A stretch of DNA of 64,000 bases from Thermoproteota archaeon (lineage in GTDB: Archaea; Korarchaeota; Korarchaeia; Korarchaeales; JAOZGB01), in contig JAVCBU010000012.1 of NCBI GenBank assembly GCA_037917685.1, positions 96,001 to 160,000 on the forward strand, read 5' to 3'. Below the pieces are notes generated by a model. The model saw only the letters and a list, made by a program, of their open reading frames with translations, was not told the origin of the DNA and did not search any database. The stretch's first letter is position 1, and each line of letters opens with the position of its first letter. A program made the translations under genes and the position numbers. Shown here piece after piece: positions 19,493 to 28,226 of this stretch.

Positions 19493-20656
19493 TTGGAGGA
19501 TAAGGATATAAATGAAAACAGGTTCAGGTCCGGTGTTCTAATGATATTCTTATTATTATCGATTGGGGTTCCTATTACCCTTCTTTATCTTATCTACACT
19601 TCATACGGGTACAAAAAGTATAGAATTGGATTACTGACGATGATTCTCTTTATTTCAGCATTTATATCCTCATTGTCGGAAACTTTAAGGTTTCTATTTC
19701 TCGATCAGCAATTATCACTTCTGTGCGCTGTAGTCTCGATGATTACCATGTCACTATGCCTTAGTATCTACACTCATCTATCAGCTGAGCTTTACACGGG
19801 GTTCGTAGTACTGGAGACACCCGCATTTCTTATATCTAACTATTTTCTACCAGTATCAACAATTTTACTTGGTTTTTCCGGAGTACTTACATCCAAAGGA
19901 GTGCTATACTACAACCAATTTTGGAATACAAAATTATATATAGGTCTCCCAGGGCCATTTTTCACCTCGTGGGTAATTGTCCATGGATACTTGATTCTAT
20001 CGGCTCTTATATACGTATTTTTAGTATATAAGCGTGCTACAGGAAAAGTAAAAAGGTTTTACCTAAGTATGGCTATATCACTAATCACACCCGCAACTAT
20101 CTATGCGATAGCCGGGATTATAGATCCTGTCCTAAGCATATATAAGGTTGGAAATCATAGCATTGTGGCTTTACCATTTGCTTTAATTACCTGGGTCAGC
20201 CTGAAGAAGTATGGTATACCCTCTTTCACATATGAGCCTCCTGGGGAAGTTCCGGGGGAGATAAGGTTTTTTAAGAATTTCGAGGATGCTTTAAGCCTTT
20301 TTGAAGGCTACCGTATGTCTGGCTATAGATGTCTCATCGTTAGTAGGAGAAGATTTCGTGGAGTATCATTGTGGATAAGCAAGGTTAACGCTTATAATGC
20401 CGTGTCTCCGCAACATTTATCAAGAATAAAGACTATATTGGGGGATTTCGTTTCTGAGGGGGGTAAAGTAATTCTCATAGACTGTCTTGAATTACTCATA
20501 TTATATAATGGGATACATGAAGTGTTAAAGTTTCTTGGTTATCTACGAGATGAGGCTTCACTGAACAAGGCTTTAGTGCTGATACCCTTTGAACAAGACG
20601 CGTTTGAACCTAAGACTGTAAGCGCAATTATGAGAGTCTCTGGTGGGAGGGCTTGA
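19493..20656 (+). CDS. 7TM membrane sensor fused to DUF835
   Basis: About 7 TMs followed by LWISKV, VSPQHL and ILIDCLELLILYNG (DUF835 signature). Confidence 0.8.
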   Translation: MEDKDINENRFRSGVLMIFLLLSIGVPITLLYLIYTSYGYKKYRIGLLTMILFISAFISSLSETLRFLFLDQQLSLLCAVVSMITMSLCLSIYTHLSAELYTGFVVLETPAFLISNYFLPVSTILLGFSGVLTSKGVLYYNQFWNTKLYIGLPGPFFTSWVIVHGYLILSALIYVFLVYKRATGKVKRFYLSMAISLITPATIYAIAGIIDPVLSIYKVGNHSIVALPFALITWVSLKKYGIPSFTYEPPGEVPGEIRFFKNFEDALSLFEGYRMSGYRCLIVSRRRFRGVSLWISKVNAYNAVSPQHLSRIKTILGDFVSEGGKVILIDCLELLILYNGIHEVLKFLGYLRDEASLNKALVLIPFEQDAFEPKTVSAIMRVSGGRA

Positions 20657-21783
20657 TACTTCAAATCCTGCAACTTCCAGTGATAGCCTACCTGTTCTAC
20701 TTGGTTGCCACGAATCGGAAGTGGATTAGGTACCAAGGTGTTTACAGGCTACTATATTTCTGGTTGTTGTCAGGATTAGTGTACGCTATATTAGAGTTTG
20801 CGTCAGTTATAGCGGGGGAATTCTCGGTAGTTACATTTAAAATGATGATGGTGGTATCTGTTCTTTCGCTATCGTTCTTTCTACAGCTTACTTCGGCATT
20901 TAAGTGGAAGGAGGCTTATATAGCGGCGTTGAGACCTGTATTCTATGTTCCATGGGTTCTTTCGTTCCTCCTTGCCTACAGTTCCAATGTAAGTATCAGC
21001 ATTAGAAGTTTGTTCGGTCTAAACGTTGCCGTGGTCAATGCAGATATATTAATTGCGATACTACTCTTCCTATGTGGGCTAATGCTCGCCGGTGGGGCGC
21101 TTACGCTTGCTTACCATCTCTTTACTATTTACCCGATTGAGAGAAAGATATTTATATTATCAGCAGCCGGAATATGGATATCAATATGTTCAGACTTCCT
21201 CCTATGGGTATTTCCACTATTGCATGGAAATATGATCCTAGGGTTCCACATGTTTGTCCTTATACCTGCAATTGCCGGTATGACGCTAACTGCCAGAGTA
21301 TACTCGCTTGCTTTTACACCTAGAAAGGGAAAGCCAGCCGCCACGAAAAAGGCTGGACGGGGTGAAATCATTATTTTCATTCACAAAAGGTCTCTCCACG
21401 CGAGAAACATATTCATGAACTACCTTAAGGAGGGGTTTACAGGATTATTCGTCTCTCCGGATCCATATGAAGCTGAGATAAGAGCTAACATGACATTAAA
21501 GCTTGACGTTAGCGAGATGGAGGGTTGCGTCCATCCTGCGCATGTTAACAGGCTTGAACATTTAGTATGGGATTTTTGCGTAAGGACAATGAATCCTGTG
21601 GTTCTCATTGAGGGGTTGGAGGAGATTATGGCTCAGGTAGGTTGGATTGAGTCTCTAAAGTTTGTTGATTCCCTTATAGATGTTGCGGAGACCACAGGAG
21701 CGGTAATATTATTCTGGGTTGACCCTGAAATATTCGATCCCAAGAGATTTATGCTACTTTCGAGGCATGTCAAAATAATGTAA
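20653..21783 (+). CDS. Multi-TM membrane protein fused to DUF835
   Basis: TM domain followed by VHPAHV, VVLIEGLEEI and LKFVDSLID; 4-bp overlap with the previous gene. Confidence 0.75.
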   Translation: MILQILQLPVIAYLFYLVATNRKWIRYQGVYRLLYFWLLSGLVYAILEFASVIAGEFSVVTFKMMMVVSVLSLSFFLQLTSAFKWKEAYIAALRPVFYVPWVLSFLLAYSSNVSISIRSLFGLNVAVVNADILIAILLFLCGLMLAGGALTLAYHLFTIYPIERKIFILSAAGIWISICSDFLLWVFPLLHGNMILGFHMFVLIPAIAGMTLTARVYSLAFTPRKGKPAATKKAGRGEIIIFIHKRSLHARNIFMNYLKEGFTGLFVSPDPYEAEIRANMTLKLDVSEMEGCVHPAHVNRLEHLVWDFCVRTMNPVVLIEGLEEIMAQVGWIESLKFVDSLIDVAETTGAVILFWVDPEIFDPKRFMLLSRHVKIM

Positions 21784-21813
21784 AATTTTATCTAAAGAAT
21801 TCTTACCATATCT

Positions 21814-22269
21814 ATGGTTCTCACCCTAACATGGGAAGACTTTGAAAGAGCATGTAGGAGGATAGCATCTCAGATCAGTCGTTCATACCAGCCTGAATGT
21901 ATATTAGCAATAGCGAGAGGCGGCCTTATAGTTTCAGTAAGGCTCTCACACATGCTTAATGTAAGGTGTTTCGCATTTTCATCCGTAGAGTACTATAGAG
22001 AACCCGGGGTTAAGGCAGGTAGGCCTAAACTCGAGATTCCACCCGTCGGAGAATATATGGGGAAAAGGGTGCTTTTAGTTGACGATATAATTGACACGGG
22101 TGATACTGTAAAACTGATAGTTGACTTGTTGAAGGGAAAGATTAGAGATTTACGTATTGCTGCATTAACATTTAAGCCGTGGACGTCGGTAAAGCCAGAC
22201 TACTATGGGTTTGGCCCTGTAAAGGAGTGGGTGGTTTTCCCATGGGAAATAAAGTGGGATGAGAAATAA
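21814..22269 (+). CDS. Purine phosphoribosyltransferase (type I PRTase)
   Basis: AIARGG, VLLVDDIIDTGDT, PDYY and WVVFPWE. Confidence 0.9.
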   Translation: MVLTLTWEDFERACRRIASQISRSYQPECILAIARGGLIVSVRLSHMLNVRCFAFSSVEYYREPGVKAGRPKLEIPPVGEYMGKRVLLVDDIIDTGDTVKLIVDLLKGKIRDLRIAALTFKPWTSVKPDYYGFGPVKEWVVFPWEIKWDEK

Positions 22270-22280
22270 AGTAGGAGGGG

Positions 22281-24140
22281 TTACTCTTCCAGCTTTACCC
22301 CTCTACCTTTCAGCTCTTTGATTACGTATTCAAGCCCTAGATCTTTAAGGGTTGAAGCTTTAGGAATGCCATTGCTGTCCCATCCTCTTGCCTCGTAATA
22401 CCACGTTAACAGCCGATCATAGTCTGAGGACTTCAAAGTCCACCCTTTCAAGGGGCCTTTTGATAGCGGCTGCTTGAACCATTTTTCGGGTGGGTAGTCC
22501 ATTTCTCTACTCCAGCTCGGGTATTCTCTTATCCAGTAGGACCTTATTAAGCTGTATATCCTGTCAGAGATCCTCCATAGATCTTCCAGGGTGAAATCTA
22601 AGCCTGTAGCAGCTTTAAGATACTTAGGATACCATTCAAGGCTGAAGTTCAGCTCTATCCATGGAAGTCTACATGTTACTGCTGACTCGAATAAGCCTCC
22701 ACGGATTCTTTGCATCCTGATGACTCCCTCAACCTTCTCTCTGCTGATCACTTCCCTCCCAAGTTTAAGTTCCCAAGCTATATACCATGCGTCCTTGTGG
22801 TGTGCGCCTATGGGGGAGGTCCCATATGCTAGTGCCATTCCAGGTGCTGCATGGCAGTCATAAGCTGATATTTCTAGGCCTTTAACGTGCATCGCGTAGG
22901 CCATGCTTCCACGCCCGAGGCCAAGTGCTACTCTTCTAACCCCCTCGGCGAGCACGTCTCCGTATCCATCCCTGTTGCATATCATTTCTGCAAGCCTATA
23001 ATATGCTTCTCCGCTGCCCCATTCAGGCTTTACACCAATCTTATCCTCTGACACTAGACCCTTCATGTAAGCCTCTGTTATGAATGCCATTACGCTCCCC
23101 AGCGATATGGTGTCGGCTCCCATCTCATCTGCAAGCAGGTTTAACGAGAGAACCCAGTTCATATCTCCAACCCCGATGTTTGACCCCAGCATTCCAGCGT
23201 TCTCATAGTCAAGCTCTGTCCTGCTGCCTTTCAGGGGGCCTTGTTTAATCTCGCAGACGTTTCCACACTGCATGTTACAGTTGGGACAGCCCTTCCTCAA
23301 AACTTTAAACTGCTCCTCCATTGTTTTGCCGGATATTCCATCAGCCTGGTCGAACACACCTTCTGTAAAGTTCCATGTCGGTAGCACACTGTTACCCTGC
23401 GCCCATTCAACAGTCATCATTGTTCCCTGACGGATCCAGAAATCGTATCCTTTAGCGTTTCTAACCTCCTCATACCCTTGCCTCCCCATATCGGTTATTT
23501 CCTCATCTGCAACAGCTATCTCACCCAAGCCCTTAAATACTATAGCTTTGACGTTTTTAGACCCCATGACAGCGCCTAAGCCTGGTCTGCCTCCGGCTCT
23601 ACCGTAATCCGACACTATAACAGCAAACCTAACTAGTTTCTCACCCGAAGGACCTATAAGGAGTATGCCTGCATCCTTCCCATACTCATCCTCAAGTACT
23701 TCCTGTGCATGATATGTTTTTGAACCCCAGAGATCCCCTGCATCTTTGAAGCTAACACTTTCATCCTCAACCACCAGGACCGTTGGCTTCCCCGCCCTAC
23801 CTTTTAGGATTAGCATGTCGTATCCTGCTTTCCTCAGCTGAACAGCTGCTTTCGTGCCGATGTTGCCGTCTCCATACCCCCCTGTTAACGGAGATTTCGC
23901 CGCTACCACAAGTTTACCACTGCTAGGTAGAGGAAGGCCTGTCAACGGCCCCGCCGCAACTATGAAAAGATTGTCTCCATCGTAGGGTCCCACCTGCGGG
24001 CTTACCTCATCCCATAATATCTTTGCAGCGAACCCTCTCCCTCCAAGGTAGTCTCTTGCGAGTTTTTCATCGAGAGTTTGAGTAACGTGTTTGCTTCTGG
24101 TCAGATCCACCCTTAAAACCTTCCCGCACCATCCCTTCAT
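22281..24140 (-). CDS. aor: Tungsten-containing aldehyde:ferredoxin oxidoreductase family protein
   Basis: GGRG, KSPLTG, GRPGLGAVMGSKN, CPNCNMQC, DYE, GADTIS and YYEARGWD. Confidence 0.93.
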   Translation of the reverse strand: MKGWCGKVLRVDLTRSKHVTQTLDEKLARDYLGGRGFAAKILWDEVSPQVGPYDGDNLFIVAAGPLTGLPLPSSGKLVVAAKSPLTGGYGDGNIGTKAAVQLRKAGYDMLILKGRAGKPTVLVVEDESVSFKDAGDLWGSKTYHAQEVLEDEYGKDAGILLIGPSGEKLVRFAVIVSDYGRAGGRPGLGAVMGSKNVKAIVFKGLGEIAVADEEITDMGRQGYEEVRNAKGYDFWIRQGTMMTVEWAQGNSVLPTWNFTEGVFDQADGISGKTMEEQFKVLRKGCPNCNMQCGNVCEIKQGPLKGSRTELDYENAGMLGSNIGVGDMNWVLSLNLLADEMGADTISLGSVMAFITEAYMKGLVSEDKIGVKPEWGSGEAYYRLAEMICNRDGYGDVLAEGVRRVALGLGRGSMAYAMHVKGLEISAYDCHAAPGMALAYGTSPIGAHHKDAWYIAWELKLGREVISREKVEGVIRMQRIRGGLFESAVTCRLPWIELNFSLEWYPKYLKAATGLDFTLEDLWRISDRIYSLIRSYWIREYPSWSREMDYPPEKWFKQPLSKGPLKGWTLKSSDYDRLLTWYYEARGWDSNGIPKASTLKDLGLEYVIKELKGRGVKLEE

Positions 24141-24242
24141 GGTTTAACCCCCTACCAAACCCTTGAAACAGGACAATTAAAAAAGTGTCCCCTACCGTGA
24201 TTCAGAGCTACTATTTTATTTAGGTATGCCTAGCTCATAAGT

Positions 24243-24662
24243 TTGGGTGTATGGTTGCCGAGAGGTAGGCATCTCGATGATTGGAAGAGGGCTTTCCTCA
24301 CTGTTTGGCACGCTGCCAGAGGTATACTTGTTAGGAGTCAGAGCAGCAAGGTCTTCCACCTTGCTAAGGCCGCGTACCATGGGTACAGGTTACTAGAGAA
24401 GCAGACAAGGGATGCATATGAAAAATACGGTATCTCAAAGAAGCAGTATGGCCTACTTCTCCTGCTTGCCGCGGGGGAGAGCTTTACAGTTAGGGATGCT
24501 GCGGAAAAACTTAAAGCAAGCCAGGGAACCGTAAGGAAATATTTAAACCTTTTCGTAAAGGCTGGAATAGCTGATAAGGATACCTCGACAAGGCCTTATC
24601 TTTACAGGATGAAGGATAAGTATTTAAAAGCAATTAGGAAGAGTTTAAAGGAGAATGACTAA
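24243..24662 (+). CDS. Winged-helix DNA-binding protein
   Basis: C-terminal FTVRDAAEKLKASQGTVRKYLNLFVKAGIA...RPYLY wHTH. Confidence 0.7.
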   Translation: MGVWLPRGRHLDDWKRAFLTVWHAARGILVRSQSSKVFHLAKAAYHGYRLLEKQTRDAYEKYGISKKQYGLLLLLAAGESFTVRDAAEKLKASQGTVRKYLNLFVKAGIADKDTSTRPYLYRMKDKYLKAIRKSLKEND

Positions 24663-24891
24663 GGATGAGCTACCCCTAGAAAACCTTAGCATGAAGGTTT
24701 TCCAGATCACATTACTCACAAAGGCTTTAAAGAGAATGATAGGCAAGCTTGAAAAGCAGGAGCTTGATAGGCAGTTCCTAAGCGACGCGGTTCTTGTTAT
24801 AGGATTCTTGTTCATCCTATTAGGGATAAGTAAGCCTGACCTACTTGATGACCTAAAGTCAATGTTAAAGAAGGCCCTTGGAGAAGAATAA
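24655..24891 (+). CDS. Small hypothetical protein with one hydrophobic helix
   Basis: 78 aa; AAGGAG upstream; 8-bp overlap with the wHTH gene. Confidence 0.6.
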   Translation: MTKDELPLENLSMKVFQITLLTKALKRMIGKLEKQELDRQFLSDAVLVIGFLFILLGISKPDLLDDLKSMLKKALGEE

Positions 24892-24973
24892 ACCGCGGAG
24901 ATAAGTGCACGTACAATATTATACGGTATAGGGTACAGGGTTACTAGCCTGCCTAACACTTAGCATACTCGTT

Positions 24974-26443
24974 TTATCCTATATAGATTGTTTCGGTGGG
25001 TTTCTTTGGGCGTTTTCCTACTAGGCTTAGAACATCTTCTGTTCTTATGGTTTTTCTCCCTTCGTTTAAAGCCTTAATCATCGCCCTCCTCACTAATTCT
25101 TTTGTCTGCGTTAGATCGTACCCTCTGAGTGCCTTAGAAAGCTTTTCGTAGTCCACCTCCAGGTTCATCTTAAACTCATTTGTTGACTCTTCAAAAACAG
25201 ATTTAATTATGTGGGGAGGCAGACTCACATCAATAAGAACCTTTATGTCGGCCATACTTTCAAACTTTCCATTAAGGTACTCCGGCTTTCCAACACCGGC
25301 AACGATTGGTATACCCTCCTGTGTTACATCTGTAATCCAAACTATCAGGGAGGACATCAACATAATCATGAATTCTCTCTGAGAGTCGTCGGCCATCTCC
25401 ACCAGCCCCTCCTCAGGAAATACATATTCAGCTTCATCTATCAGAATTAGAGATTTAGATTCTTTGGCTAGATTAAGTACTTCCTCAAGGATCTTAGGGC
25501 CATATTTTAGTAGGCCGAGACTCAGAACATACAATTTTGCGCCAGCTTCCTTTGCAATAGCCTTGATGAACCCAATCCTTAGCTTTTCATCTCTACATTT
25601 AACTATTGTGATCTTTGGAATAGGGTATTGCTGGGGGGACTTAAGATAGTTTATGAGAAGCGAAACTTTAAACCATGGCTCTTTAAACTTCTTGAACTCC
25701 TCAACGTTAACATCAAGTTCGGCTGGGAGTATTTCGGGTATGGTTTCTTCCATCTTAAACTCGAAAAGACTCTTCAGATCCTCCTCGGAGAAGATTGGTT
25801 TTAAAAGATCAAGGTAGGCTTTGAGTCGTCCTCTAACATAGTCAGGTAAATCTGTCCTAAGCAAGCTATCTATGACATCTCGTGTGTGCTTCATTGCTTC
25901 AAGATCGAACTTCGGATAAAAGAATGAAGAAAGGGTCATAGCCTTAACAATGTCTAGGATACTCTCATAGTTCTTTTCCCTGCTAGCTATTAGAGTAAGC
26001 CTCTCAGGATCGAGCCTGGAACGGACGATTATCGAAATGGACTGTTCATCATTTTTAGTAAGCGATAACAAACCATAGAGGTAAAACGGCCCTATCTTAA
26101 AGTTATAATCCCTTTTAACCCCGAAATATTCCTTTATTTCCACTATTTTGAATTCTCCACCTCTAGACTTTGAGGAGAGGATCAAAGGCTCATAAAACTG
26201 AGATGAGAATACACCGGTGACGGAGACGAGATCCCCGGGAAGTACAACTTCCCTTGGAACAGGGGAAACGAGTACAAGAATGCTCCCGGATCCATCGGTT
26301 ATTCTAAGCCTTGAAAAAACCCTTGAAAGTGACTGTAGAGCATAGCCAGCTAGAACTTCCTTCACAACGCCCTTTACAGCCACCCTTTCACCTTCATATT
26401 TACCCGGAGAACTAAGGATCTCCCCTATTGATACAGTATCCAT
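24974..26443 (-). CDS. OB-fold plus degenerate AAA+ domain protein (probable pseudo-ATPase)
   Basis: N-terminal OB (YEGERVAVKGVV...ITDGSGSI...GDLVSVTG); C-terminal KAIAKEAG, Walker B LILIDEAE and AAA lid; no Walker A. Confidence 0.75.
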   Translation of the reverse strand: MDTVSIGEILSSPGKYEGERVAVKGVVKEVLAGYALQSLSRVFSRLRITDGSGSILVLVSPVPREVVLPGDLVSVTGVFSSQFYEPLILSSKSRGGEFKIVEIKEYFGVKRDYNFKIGPFYLYGLLSLTKNDEQSISIIVRSRLDPERLTLIASREKNYESILDIVKAMTLSSFFYPKFDLEAMKHTRDVIDSLLRTDLPDYVRGRLKAYLDLLKPIFSEEDLKSLFEFKMEETIPEILPAELDVNVEEFKKFKEPWFKVSLLINYLKSPQQYPIPKITIVKCRDEKLRIGFIKAIAKEAGAKLYVLSLGLLKYGPKILEEVLNLAKESKSLILIDEAEYVFPEEGLVEMADDSQREFMIMLMSSLIVWITDVTQEGIPIVAGVGKPEYLNGKFESMADIKVLIDVSLPPHIIKSVFEESTNEFKMNLEVDYEKLSKALRGYDLTQTKELVRRAMIKALNEGRKTIRTEDVLSLVGKRPKKPTETIYIG

Positions 26444-26619
26444 CCTCTATTCCCGTAGGCCTAGCAGAGATCAACACTTAAAAAATTAACCAGTAACATG
26501 TTCAAGCCCGTATAGAAGAAAGCTTATGCAAACGGTTACCATCCTGATCCCAATGGTGAGCCTCATCAGGGCAGGAGAGAAATTAAAAAGGTAACAATTA
26601 CTTATAGTAGCGGCAAAAG

Positions 26620-27180
26620 ATGTTGGAAATAGAGTTGCTAACAATAATATCGATAATAGTTGGAATACTGGTCGCATATAGGATTATTGTCGCCATAATA
26701 TTTACAGGAGTAGCTACGAGGCTACGCGGAAGGGTTTCTAGAAGCGAAGCTCTGAGAATATTTATTGGAAGCCTCCTAGACACGGTTTTGGGTGCTGTCC
26801 TAATAGCAGCCTCGGCGATTACACGTGAAGAAGACAAGGAAAAAGCCCATCGAATTATAGAAAGAATAGCAACGGATATTAGCCATATTAAGACCACACT
26901 ACAAGAAGAAGAGTCTCCACAAGTGAAAAACATGCTCAGAGACATATCCCTTGTCGAAGAGAAAATACAACAACTAAAAGAACACCCAAAAATAGGTCTC
27001 TACGAGATTATAGAAATCCTTGAAAAGATTGAGGAAAACATCTTTTATCTAAGGGACAAATCGGATGATTTATCGCTTGCCAAGGACTTGAAGCAGAAGA
27101 AAATAATAGGTTCTGCATGTGAGAGGAAGATATCAGAACTTAAAGATTACATACAAGAAATTCTAAGAAAAATAGAATAA
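26620..27180 (+). CDS. Hypothetical membrane protein with C-terminal helical/coiled-coil region
   Basis: Two hydrophobic segments followed by a Glu/Lys/Ile-rich helical region. Confidence 0.7.
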   Translation: MLEIELLTIISIIVGILVAYRIIVAIIFTGVATRLRGRVSRSEALRIFIGSLLDTVLGAVLIAASAITREEDKEKAHRIIERIATDISHIKTTLQEEESPQVKNMLRDISLVEEKIQQLKEHPKIGLYEIIEILEKIEENIFYLRDKSDDLSLAKDLKQKKIIGSACERKISELKDYIQEILRKIE

Positions 27181-27231
27181 ACTACCATGGTTAAGGGAGA
27201 GCTACCGCCATTTAGAACTTGCTGAACTAAA

Positions 27232-27248
27232 AAATAAAATTTATTAGT
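27232..27248 (+). promoter_or_regulatory. Putative BRE/TATA promoter for the 27276 gene
   Basis: A-rich run followed by TTTATTA (27240-27246), about 30 nt before ATG 27276, consistent with a nearly leaderless transcript. Confidence 0.4.
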
Positions 27249-27275
27249 CTAAAAGGGGTGTTAATAGCGAGAAAA

Positions 27276-27647
27276 ATGGATGAGGAAGAGAAACCGGTTG
27301 AAAAGACAAAGGAAGAGGAAACAAAAGAGAAAGCAGCCAAAACACTCCTAAAAATTCTAGGAACCTCGGCAGTCACATACGCCATCATGGCAACAATCCT
27401 AGAAAGGAAGGAGATAATGGAAATCCTCGCAAGAGAAGACCTAACCATGAAGGAGAAAGCAAAACTCATCGCAAAAGAATACCTACCAGAGAAGAAGAAG
27501 GAAGACCTACTAGAACTCGGAGTAGCAGCCTTAACAGCCCTAGTCCTAGCGGGAAAAGAAAAAGCACATAAAGAAGAAAAGAAGGAAGAAGACGCATTAA
27601 AAGAGCTTATAGAAGCACTACAGAAAGCAGAAGAGAAAGAGGAATAA
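27276..27647 (+). CDS. Small Glu/Lys-rich protein with two hydrophobic helices (unknown family)
   Basis: ORF (track 27258..27647), likely ATG at 27276; coding status supported by a conserved paralogue at 27733-28065. Confidence 0.8.
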   Translation: MDEEEKPVEKTKEEETKEKAAKTLLKILGTSAVTYAIMATILERKEIMEILAREDLTMKEKAKLIAKEYLPEKKKEDLLELGVAALTALVLAGKEKAHKEEKKEEDALKELIEALQKAEEKEE

Positions 27648-27651
27648 GCTA

Positions 27652-27689
27652 TTTCAGCTACGCACTAGCTACGCGCTTTCAGCTACGCA
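27652..27689 (+). repeat. Three copies of AGCTACGC (two within TTTCAGCTACGCA)
   Basis: AGCTACGC at 27656, 27667 and 27681. Confidence 0.75.
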
Positions 27690-27732
27690 ACAAATAACTT
27701 GAACATAAATGTTCCTCCTCTATTATTTTTAA

Positions 27733-28065
27733 TCATTCAAATAGTAACAGTTTTAGCAGACTGTTAATGCTTCTACTTTCAGATTTCGAATCACTTTCCT
27801 TTAAGTACAAGGCTATTGCCGTCAACACTGTCGTCCCGATTTCTAAAAGGTCTTCTATGGTTTCTTCCGGAAGATATTCCTTTACCATAAGGCTAAGTTT
27901 CTCTCTCTTAAAGTTAGATCCTCTCTAGCAAGTATGTCTACGAGTTCTTTTTTCTCAAGAATGGTTGTTAATATTAGATATGAAGCTGTAGAAGCCCCGA
28001 GGATTTCGAAAAAGTTCTTAGAAATTTCTCTTAGGGTCCATTTAACTTCAACAGTATTGAATCAT
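27733..28065 (-). pseudogene. Frameshifted inverted paralogue of the 27276 gene
   Basis: Manual translation FEILGASTASYLILTTILEKKELVDILAREDLTL//REKLSLMVKEYLPEETIEDLLEIGTTVLTAIAL aligns with LKILGTSAVTYAIMATILERKEIMEILAREDLTMKEKAKLIAKEYLPEKKKEDLLELGVAALTALVL; +2 slip in a (TC)n tract at about 27900-27908. Confidence 0.85.
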
Positions 28066-28226
28066 ATACTCCAGTTTTAAAACTAATTCATCACTGATAG
28101 TTAGTTCGACCACTTTAAGCAGGGGTAAAGATCGGTAATATATTTAATCCCTTGCACTTTACATTAAATCGTAAGCTTGCGAGGAGACAGGATGACATTA
28201 TGATAGGTATGCTGGTTTTCGTATAG

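Noticed and set aside
26486-26677. Short ORFs between the pseudo-AAA gene and the 26620 gene
   Set aside because: No motif or start support; more likely a divergent promoter region
24243-28065. Interpretation of the orphan island as a provirus/plasmid or as gas vesicle genes
   Set aside because: No integrase, att repeats, replication or capsid motifs; no GvpA signature, and the AAA domain lacks the P-loop needed for GvpN
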